A stretch of 60,000 nucleotides of DNA from assembly GCA_038087875.1 (NCBI GenBank), contig CM075992.1, positions 2,854,001 through 2,914,000 of the forward strand. The letters run 5' to 3'. Every line of letters begins with the position of its first letter. The stretch's first letter is position 1. Of this stretch, positions 39,060 to 50,200 are shown piece after piece. The notes below the pieces were generated by a model. That model had not been told where the DNA came from and made no database searches. It saw only the letters and a program-made list of their open reading frames with translations. The stretch is from Malacoraja senta. Lineage: Eukaryota. The position numbers and the translations under genes were made by a program.

Positions 39060-39525
39060 TCTTGACCCCTGCTCTCTGACCCCATGCCCTGCTCTCTGAC
39101 CCCATCCATCCCCTACTCTCTGACCCCCATCCCTGTTCTCTGACCCCATCCATCCCCTGCTCTCTGACCCCCATCCCCTGCTCTCTGACCCCCATCTCCT
39201 GCTCTCTGACCCCACCCACCTCATGCTCTCTGATCCCATCCCTGCTCTCTGACCCCATCCCTGCTCTCTGACCCCATGCCTTGCTCTCTGACCCCATCCA
39301 TCCCTGCTCTCTGACCCCATCCATCCCCTGCTCTCTGACCTCATCCCCTGCTCTCTGACCCCATCCCTGCTCTCTGACCCCATCCCTGCTCTCTGACCCC
39401 TTCTCATGCTCTCTGACCCCATGCCTTGCTCTCTGACCCCATCCTTGCTCGCTGACCCCATCTCATGCTCTCTGACCCCATCCCGGCCCTTTGACAGCCA
39501 TCCCTTGCTCTCTGACCCCATCCCT
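39060..39525. repeat. TGCTCTCTGACCCCATCC(ATCCC) minisatellite, 19-24 bp units
   Basis: Direct inspection. Confidence 0.9.
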
Positions 39526-40064
39526 TTTAGACCTTAGACTTTAGAGATACAGCGTGGAAAAAGGCCCTTCGGCCCACCAAGTGCATGCCGACCAGCAAAT
39601 ACCCCATGCACTAGTTCCATTCTACTCACAAGGGACAATTTACCATTTACCGGAGCCAATCAACCTTCAAACCTGTACGTCTTTGCAGTGTGGGAGGAAA
39701 CCCACGCGGTCACAGGGAGAACGTACAAACTCCGTACAGGTCAGGATGGAACCCGGTTCTCTGGCACTGTAAGGCAGCAACGTTACAGCCGTGTCACCCC
39801 TTCCTTCTGACCCCATTTCTTTCTGTTGCTGCATCAGTTGCTCCATCTCTTGCTCACCAACCTCAGCCACCCTCTCACTGTACAATTCCCCACCTTTGAC
39901 AGTGTAGCTGGGCTGATTTGCATTCCGCTCTAGGCATTTGTACGCCCACATAATTCCACTAAGATGTAGCTTAAGCCCACAGCATCATTTAAACAAACAT
40001 GAATTTTTATCTTCAATGACCAGCGTTAAATGACAACATTCCACTTTTGTTAATGTATAAGGTG

Positions 40065-40263
40065 NNNNNNNNNNNNNNNNNNNNNNNNNNNNNNNNNNNN
40101 NNNNNNNNNNNNNNNNNNNNNNNNNNNNNNNNNNNNNNNNNNNNNNNNNNNNNNNNNNNNNNNNNNNNNNNNNNNNNNNNNNNNNNNNNNNNNNNNNNNN
40201 NNNNNNNNNNNNNNNNNNNNNNNNNNNNNNNNNNNNNNNNNNNNNNNNNNNNNNNNNNNNNNN
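40065..40263. other. Assembly gap (199 N)
   Basis: Run of N. Confidence 0.99.
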
Positions 40264-41421
40264 NGATGCTGGTTTAAACCGAAGATAGACACAAAAAGCT
40301 GGAGTAACTCAGCGGGAAGGCAGCACCTCTGGTGGCGTTTTGGGTCGAGACACATCTTCAGATAGAGTTCTCAGATAGATAGAACTCACAAATAGAGTTT
40401 CTCTTAGGATGCATCCAGCCCCAGTAGATACATTCAAAGGGCTGGATCCTATGTCTGTTGATAGATTATCCCAGTTTGATGGTCAATGGGGTCATGGATA
40501 GACCAGTATTCTTAGAATCGGGAACAAGCTGCAAGTATTCAACTCATATGTTGATAATGGTTTTTCCCCAGAACCAAACGGTCTCCAGAAACACATTAGA
40601 TAGACACAAAATGCAGGAGTAACATAGCTGGACAGGCAGCATCTCTGAAGAGAAGAATTGGGTGACGTTTCGGGCCAAGGCCCTTCCTCGAACAGGCTGT
40701 TAGTACATGGTGATGATTCTTTGCCCTCTGGAGGAAGCAGTACAGTTTCTTGGCCGGAGGAGCAAGTGGTCCTATGAAAGTGGTCATACCATGCAAGAGT
40801 CTTTACAGATGGTACTTGGTGCTTGTGATCTGAATCTAGACACAAAATGCTGGAGTAACTCAGCGAAACATGCAGCACCTCTGGATAGAAGGAATGGGTG
40901 ACGTTTCAGAAGACAACTGGATCGTAATTAAGGGTGCGGAAACCAAGAAATGTTTTTAGTTGTCTCTCACTCTGGAGAACGAGGCTACCTTTAGCTTGCC
41001 ACATGTTATGCACCCTGTTGTAAGCTTACACAGAGATCAATGCAGCAGAGACAAAAATGCTGGAGAAACTCGGCGGGTGCAGCAGCATCTATGGAGCTAT
41101 CTATATATCTATCTGAAGTTCCTTCTTAAACACTTTGTCTACTCCACTGCGAAATCTCCTCAAGGTATGCCTACTTTGAAGAAGTTCTCCTCCTCCCTCC
41201 GAAGACAGTTTTACAACCTCCTCTCGAACTGCTCCCCCTCTGTGATTCCCCCTTCCCTCCAACTCTACGACCACATCCTAACCCAGTCAAATCCTAACCC
41301 AGACAAAATCGCTATATAGATGCTGCTGCACCCGCTAAGTTTCTCCAGCATTTTTGTCTACCTTCGATTTTCCAGCATCTGCAGTTCCTTCTTAAACTCA
41401 ATGCAGCATATCCTATTCTAT

Positions 41422-41790
41422 GGTACACAAAAATGCTGGAGAAACTCAGCAGGTGCAGCAGCATCTATGGAGCGAAGGAAATAGACAATGTTTCGGGCCG
41501 AAACCCTTCTTCAGACTGATAGGGGGTGGGGAGAAGAAAGGAAAAAAGGCGGAGGAGGAGCCCGAGGGCTAGGGGAGGGGAGGAGACAACCAGAGGGCTG
41601 ATGAAGGGGAGGGGACAGCAAGGACTAGCAGAATTGGGAGAATTCAATGTTCAAGCCCCCAGGATGTAGACTGCCCAAGCGGAATATGAGGTGCATTTCC
41701 TCCAATTTCCGGTGTTGCTCGCTGTGGCCATGGAGGAGACCCAGGACAAAGAGGTCAGATACGGAATGGGAGGGGGAGTTGAAGTGCTGA
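41422..41790 (-). mobile_element. Penelope-like element 3' end (reverse copy)
   Basis: Reverse-complement homologue of 28535-28888. Confidence 0.75.
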
Positions 41791-43605
41791 GAATATCCTA
41801 TTCTATGATTGCTGGGACATTCAGATAGGCACTATATAAATGCACATCTGTTCCTGCTTGCAGGAGCTTTTAAAACCTTCAGGAAAAAGTGAGTAATACA
41901 TGCTGCCTCTGCCAGCAACAACCACGACTTATAAAATAATAAAAACAAACCACTAAGCAACATTCCACCAAAGTACACAGAATGCCAACCTGATTGTACA
42001 AAGGCTACCGTCTCCATTAAACAAGCTGTGAAACTTCAAAGTGCTTCAGAAATTTTACAGGGAGTGTGGGGTTACACAGCACAGGGCCAGGTCGAGAAGT
42101 GGGATGGGGGCGGTCGCGGTTTAGAGCGCAACAATCTCTAGACTTGCATCAAAATCCCACATCAAGAGTAAAATCATGGGCAAGTATGCATAAACAATCA
42201 TAAAAACCATGCAGAGAAAGTCACTAAGTGAACTAACACACTAGCATGAATATATACAATACCCCCAAAGGAAACGAAAAGCATCCTTTTCAGTTCCATG
42301 CTATCACAATTACAATTCAACCCCTCTGGACGTGTGTGGGAAGGAACTACAGATGCTGGTTTACACCGTAGATACGAAATGCTGGAGCAACTCAGCTGGG
42401 CGGGCAGCATCTCTGGAGAGAAGGAATGGGTAAAGTTTTGGGTCGAGACCCTTCTGCAGACTGAGTCAGGGGAAAGGGAAACTAGAGATACGGAAGGGTA
42501 CAAAGGGAATGCAAGGTGTGAAAAGGACAGATCAAAGCAGACGATGTTCAAGGAAATGCAGAATGGTTCATTGTTGGCAGAGGGGAAGGCGACAGATAAC
42601 GAGGCATACAAACAGTAAAATTAACCAGGGAAAGAGAGAGAGATTACTTGAAGTTAGAGAAATCAATATTCATACCGCTGCCCAATGAGGTGCTGTTCCT
42701 CCAATTAGTGCTTGGCCTCACTGACAGTGGAGAATTGTGGATTCCTCTGGATTTTTGCTTTCTTTGCACTACCAAGACTTGAAGCAATGTTCAGAGGGAA
42801 GTTGAGCTGACAGTCAGGGTTGAATGATTAAACTGGCTTCACGGGTAATGCTCTCACCACTCAGAACTAAGCTCGAGGATTAAAAACCCACTCAAAAGAC
42901 GAGCAGAAAAACATGTGCTGGAGAACTGAGAGTGCTGCATTGCCAGAAGCAAAACCTTTTGGATGAGATGTTAAACAAAGGCCCGCATTCATGAAAGCTC
43001 CTCAAACAAAAATGCAGTGATTATCAGATTTAATTCTTTCATTCCCTGGAAAACATTGATCAATCCTTGAATATATTGAGTAATATATTACTCAATATAT
43101 TCTTACTGCTTATGGGAGCCTGCAGTGCAGAATCTTGTCATTATCACTTTACGAGATCTTATACCATACAAAGCGTTGGGCAGAAAGTGCTTGAGTAACT
43201 CAGCGGATCTGGCAGCTTCTTTGGAGAACATGAATAGATTAGATGACCTTCTGGGATGTAACCCTCCTTCAGACCAGCAGAAGGATCCCAACCCTGAAAG
43301 TCAACTATTCATGTTCTCCAGAGATGCTGCCTGACCCGCTGAGTTACAACCCTTTGCCGTTTTGTTTTGTATACCAGTATTTGCAGCTCCTTGTGGCTAC
43401 AATAGTGCTAACATGTTTCCAATTTTGCAACATTGAGCACGTTCTACATTTGTAAACACGTTAGAACCATCTAGTATCTTCGGTTAGAACATCCTGAAAA
43501 GGGGCACGAAAGATGCGGAAAAAAAATGCAAGCCCAAGATTTTAAAATTGAACGTTTTATTTCATTACAGATTTTGACACTGTTTCAAGCAGCCCAGTTT
43601 GAACA

Positions 43606-44245
43606 ATGCTGAAACTCACCATCAGCCTCTTCTTGCTGATCAGATTGGCAGGAGCTGAAAAGGCCACCTCAGAAACGGATGCAGGCAAGCTTGCACAGAC
43701 CGAGGAGTCCAACAGTCGCAATGCTCAGTCCCCGCAGAGTGCGCCATCCACCAGGTGTACCTACACCTTTATTGTCCCCCAGCAAAAGCTGACTGGTGCC
43801 ATCTGCCTGAGCACCAAGGCACCGGTGAGTGGGTACGACGGCGTGAACAAGAGCGAGCTGTTGGCCGTGAGGGAGGAGATGCGCGAGCAGCAGCAGCAGA
43901 TTGAAGACCTCAGGCAGATGGTGGAAGTGGACGGGCGAGTGATCGACGAAGTCAAGTCTCTCCGCAAAGAAAGCCGCAACATGAACTCCAGAGTAGCGCA
44001 GCTCTATGCCCAGCTGTTGCACGAGATCATCCAGAAGAAGGACGAGTCTCTGGAGATCTTCCAGCTGGGAGAACAGGGTACTTAACGTCACGACCGAAGT
44101 GCTGAGGTTGTCGATAAGGTACAAGGACTTGGAACGCAAGTACACAGCCCTCACCACCCTCATGAGCAACCAGAGCCGCACGATTGCTCAGCTGGAACAA
44201 CAGTGCAGACACGTAGTCCTAAAGCACAATCAACAGAATCAACAG
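43606..44245 (+). CDS. ANGPTL6: ANGPTL coding exon 1 (signal peptide and coiled coil); exon begins at 43571; +1 G at 44067-44069
   Basis: ttcattacag acceptor; ORFs 43606-44085 and 44006-44362 join at QL/ENRVLN; CAG/gtaaaa donor. Confidence 0.9.
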
Positions 44246-47200
44246 GTAAAAGACTTCAACTTTTCAAGGATAGATTTATTTTTACATTCATTCCTCTGGA
44301 TGCGAGCTTCAATGACAAGCTGGGCATTTATTGCCCAACCCCAAGTGATCTTTCAAACATAGAAACATAGAAAATAGGTGCAGGAGTAGGCCATTCGGCC
44401 CTTTGAGCCTGCACCGCCATTCATTATGATCATGGCTGATCATCCAACTCAGTATCCCGTACCTGCCTTCTCTCCATACCCCCTGATCCCTTTAGCCACA
44501 AGGGCCACATCTAACTCCCTCTTAAATATAGCCAATGAACTGGCCTCAACTACGTTCTGTGGCAGAGAATTCCACAGATTCACCACTCTCTGTGTGAAAA
44601 CAAAACATTCTCATCTCGGTCCTAAAAGACTTCCCCCTTATCCTTAAACTGTGACCCATGGTTTTGGACTTCCCCAACATCGGGAACAATCTTCCTGCAT
44701 TTAGCCTGTCCAACCCCTTAAGAATTTTGTAAGTTTCTATAAGATCCCCCCTCAATCTTCTAAATTCTAGCGAGTACAAGCCAAGTCTATCCAGTCTTTC
44801 TTCATATGAAAGTCCTGCCATCCCAGGAAATGTGGTTGCAAAGCCATTTCAGTCATGTTGCTGTGTTTGCAGCTTCAAATGGGCAAGGATGGGAGATTTA
44901 CTCTCCTGCAGTATATTAGTTACAGATCGGAGCACAGTCTCTCTGGCCTACGACATCCACACTGGCCGTCAAGTACCCAACCGAGCATGAAAGTCAAAGT
45001 CAAAGTCAATTTTAATCGTCACATGCACTCGAAGGTGCAGTGAAATGAAATTTGCATTTCGTGAATTTTCGTACCCCATTCAGATGTCTGATTGCTGGTA
45101 AATAGGATTAATGTAGACATGTACAACATATGATGAACTGAAGACCTGTTTCAATGCTGTCTGACGCGCTCACGAATTCCCTTGGGAAAGTGCTCTCATG
45201 GCCAACCGAGACACCACATTCCAGTCACACATTACGTTCTGATGTGATGCAAGATTTGTAAGAGTCAGTATTTATTATCCATTCTTAAATGTCCTCGGAA
45301 GGTGATGGTGAGCCAGTTTATGGATCCACAGCAGTCCGCAAGATAAAACTGCTTCTGCGGTGTTTTTGAGTAGGTTCATCCAGAATGTAGACCACACAAA
45401 GATGAAGGAACAGTAAGAGATTATTTACAAGTCAAAGGGTTCAAAATCACAATGGTGTCATTTGAAAAGAGATCTGTCTGCTATCCAAGTCTTCTTAGTG
45501 AGATCTGGCAAACCCCTCAGCTGGACAAACAATGAATATTCCCCAGCATCAGGTCAACAGATAAACAGAAAATGTAGCCTTGTTGACAGACTAATTAAAA
45601 CAAAAATATCACTCATAGTGAGAGTTTTGGAATTCCAAAAAACATTCTTAGCAGGCAGAAGGAACAAATAAATGAATTTAGAGTCTAGTTCTGTTACAAG
45701 TAAACATGAACTTTATCTTGAAGGAAGCTGCTAATTTTGTCTAATTTTTAAACCAACTTTAAATCTCATTGAGTATGTGGGAAGGAACTGCAGATGCTGG
45801 TTTAAGATAGACAAAAAGCTGGAGTAACTCAGCCGTTCGACAGCATCTCTGGAGGAAAGGAATAGGTGACGTTTCTGGTCAAGACCCTTCTTCAAATCCA
45901 ATTGAAACTGATTATATTGAACCATAGAGCAATGTTCATGGTTTTGTGGAATTCAATTCAAGCATATAGAGTGTGCACACTAAGAGATGGAAGGTATTCG
46001 CACTGTTGCTCTACATCAACAGAACAGATTAAACATCAGCTGCACTACACCAGCATTTTAATCATCTCTGCATACACAGAGGGGCAGGATATAATCTAGA
46101 GCACTTATGTCCCAATAGCTCAGGGAGCCAGCATTCTTGATAGCCAGAATGGGTTGCCCCTGGAAACTTAAAGCTGCCTGCCCATCACATCAGCAGCATT
46201 GCTTCAATGAGCCTGGCCTTCCTCTCCCTCTGATAATGCCACATTATGCTCCCTCCACACTGCAAATCCCATACATAATCGTTGCATTTCTTGGAATTCC
46301 AGACAATTAAGGATAACAATCAAAGTTTTTTTTAAAAAAGAAACCACAAGAAAATTTCAGGGTAAGAGGATAGAAATTATTTCCACTTGTGGCAGAATGT
46401 CAGCTCAGGAAGAACGTCCAAAATATTAGCACCAGATTATTATAGCATCAAGGTGAGAAAACAACCTCCAAGCAGAAGCTGATGGAAATGTCCCCAGGAA
46501 ATAGTTTTAAATGCTGAGATTTGTATTTCCTTTGTTAAGCAATTCTATGAATGGATATACGAAAAGGGTTGATACATAGAATTAGATCACGGTTAAACTA
46601 CAACTTCACTGAAAGGTGGAACAGACTTAAGGGGCAAGAGTATCCTCTTGCCTCTATGTTCCTCAACCATGCCACCTGAAATGCCTTGTTCAACTATATC
46701 ATACAGGTGAAAATCCCACATATCGAGTCTTGATCGAATAGCAGAAATATAGAGCAAATCTCAACCCCAATGTAGCACAGAGTCACCTGACATACAGGAT
46801 ATTACCATTTGCATAAAAATGATTTACAAGGGGGGTAGGGAAAAAGTCCACATATAGCTGGATGTGGATTGAGAAGGTAGGTCTGTATAAAGCTTCAGTC
46901 CTTTATGGTGAAACGGCTCGCAATAACGTCTCACTTGCAGCAGATTCAACTGAGACCCATATCCAGACATCTGTGCAAGTGTAACCCCAACAAGGCTCAG
47001 TACATGCAATAGGTAGAAGTCAGAGTCATACATCGTGGAAACAGGCCCTTCGGCCCAACTTGTCCCCACCGGCCAACATGTCCCAGCTACATTAGTCCCA
47101 CCTGCCCGAGTTTGGTCCATATCCCTCCAAACCTGTCCTATCCACGTAGGTAACAAGTAGGTAGAAGTACCACAGGACACTGATGGTCCAGTCTTCAGCA

Positions 47201-50200
47201 ATAACATCAAGTGGCAAAGAACCAGGAGATTGAGCAATACATAGAACAGTACAGCACAGGAACAGGACCAAAAACCATGATGTCTGCACCAACCGAAGAT
47301 AGAGACAAAATGCTGGAGTAACTCAGCTGGACAGGGGAATGGGTGATGTTTCGGGTCAAGACCCTTCTTCTAACCCTAACCCACTGAGTTACTCCAGCTT
47401 TGTGTCTATCTTTGGTTTAAACCAGTATCTGCAGTTCCTTCCTACACATTTTGTCTGCACCAACCATCTGACCCTCAATTCCCCATAATGGAGGTCTGGA
47501 GAAGTACAATGGAGGTCAAGAACTAAACAGGAGAAACCTTAGGGATGGATTTCATCCATACTAAAGTAACCCACATCAGCTGCTAATAACCCAATATTCA
47601 TTTCTGCTACGTCGGAAGATTCCCTCTGCTTGTGGTTTGACCGATAGGAATGTTTCTGCCTTCAACACATGGTCCGGGCTGTGAGTCCTTTCTGGAATAC
47701 TCCCTCAGATAGTGATCCATTTCAGCACAAGGGCGCATTCTCATGCTTTAAGTCAGGATATTAATATTTGTGGTTTTGCATCAGACGGTCCTTTGTACAA
47801 GTTGATATCTGGAATTTGTATACAAGCAGGAGGCAGAACAGATAGCCCTCGTCACCATCACTGGGAACAGTCTGAATGGCAGCTCCAACAAGAGCAAAGC
47901 TCCGGGCTCTGGCAATGAAATATTGAGAGATCAGATATACAGAATGACACAGGACAGACTCAAGAGAATGGAACAGTCTCCTCCCACTACAGTTCCACTT
48001 GTGACCACTACTAAATCATCAGGTAAGTGAACAATGAAGCTGAAGGGGGGTCTCGACCAGAAACGTCGCCTATTTCCTTCGCTCCATAGATGCTGCCTCA
48101 CCCGCTGAGTTTCTCCAGCATTTTTGTCTACCATAATCTACCACGATCACTTGGATCTAGCTGTGCGCAAATTAGCCATTGTGTTCACTGATCAAATTTC
48201 AAAAAGGTACTTAACTGGTTGTAAAATATTTAGGATGCTTTGCAAGAGATGCAAAAGCAATTTTAGACTCAGTGTCTTCTGTAAAAATAAAGTTGGGTGA
48301 ACACTGCAGCAGTTCATCAAATCTGAAATTAAGGAATCACAACACTAAGCTCCCAATGGCACAATGCATCTGATGAAACGGTATACAGGATTTGCACAAA
48401 GGTAGACAAAATTGCTGGAGAAACTCAGCGGGTGCGGCAGCATCTATGGAGCGAAGGAAATAGGCAACGTTTCGGGCCGAAACCCTTCTTCAGACAGGAT
48501 TTTCACATTTATTTTATGAGTTTTTGAATATTGCATTTGTTTAATTAATACTTAAACCAAATCTACGCACTGAAGTATTGAAATAACACACTGACATTTA
48601 TGCCTGTTTAAATGTACATGTTTAATTTAGGCATTTTTGAATTATGCGATGCTTGTTAGAAACGTAACCCCCACGTAAATCGTGAGGTGCAGTGTACACT
48701 CCTGTACAGTAAGTGAGAAAAGGTTCATGACTGGGCTTTTTAAAGACCTACATCCCCAACAATTCCCTCCTATTCACCGACAATCTCTAATTTGCTCAAG
48801 GACTGCATGAGTGCAGGTTGTAACTGTGCTTTGAAGCTCAAAGTAGTAATTAAGAAACTTTAAAACCTATTTACACGAAGCGCAGGGGAGAAAGAACAAA
48901 AATGCTTCATTGACCAGTAACGTTGAGCTTTTATTAATTGCCAGTCGCATTTCAGATAACAGAGCATGCCTTTGTCAGCAGCTTTCAACCTCATTCCCTG
49001 TGGAAAATAGGCCGCAGCTATTGCAGAAATGAACTGGACGTAATATCTACTACCAAGTTCCTATTCCCCATAGCTCTCATATTCCTACAATGTAACAAGG
49101 TCTGACCAGCTGTGACTTCAACAAAACTGCAGGTCCGAAGAAATCGCGACCCAAAACGTCACCCATTCCCATTGTATTAGAGCTATTGGATTAGTTAGAC
49201 AGAGCTCTAGGGGCTAGTGGAATCAAGGGATATGGGGAGAAGGCAGGCACGGGTCATTGATTGGGGACGACCAGCCATGATCACAATGAATGGCGGTGCT
49301 GGCTCGAAGGGCCGAATGGCCTCCTCCTGCACCTATTTTCTATGTTTCTATCCAGAGATGCTGCCTGCCCTGCTGAATTACTCCAGCATTTTGTGTCTAA
49401 CTTCAGTGTAAACCAGCATCTGCAGTTCATTCCTACTCATTCAGGCCATTACTATCAGCCTGCAGAATATCACACAGAAGTGGAAATGAGTGAACCAGTC
49501 TGCATATAAACCAGCGTTCTTGTTAGCACTACACTAGTGGTCAGTCCAGGCTGTACCATCTCTAGAAGTTAAGTTGTGACCTCTTAGATTAGATTACAGG
49601 CCCAAGCACTACATCAGCTGAAGGGCAGGACTGACAATTTAATTAGGTACAGCACAGCCAAGTGTTTTGCTGCCAGTAAAATAACCATAGCCACAGATAG
49701 AAGTTAGACAAACAGCAGGGTCTGATCAACCATCAAACCAACATCAGCAAGAAATGTTGTCTCGTTTTTAAATTCAGGATCACATCAGGCAGAAGGTCAC
49801 CATAAATGGAATGTAGAATCCATTGTACATCACAGGAACAACATTTGGCCCACAATTGCATATTTAACTGACAACATCTGCCTGCATGTATCTCCCCCCC
49901 CCCCCCACTCCCCATTTCACAGCCATTCCAAGCACCCACCACTGAGTGTAAAAAAAAAACTTGTCTATCACTCAACTCAAACTGTTTTACTGTAGCTGAA
50001 GGTAGACAAAAATGCTGGAGAAACTCAGCGGGTGAGGCAGCATCTATGGAGCGAAGGAATAGGCAACGTTTCGGGTCGAGACCCTTCTTCAGAGTCTGAT
50101 CAACCATCAAACCTACATCAGCAGGAAATGTTGTCTCGTTTCTAAATTCAGGATCACATCAGGTAGAAGGAGGTCACCATAAATGGAATGTAGAATAGCA

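Noticed and set aside
41833..41894. TATATAAA plus GTGAGT as the ANGPTL promoter and first exon
   Set aside because: Motif-only evidence with a very short implied exon; cannot be supported without transcript data.
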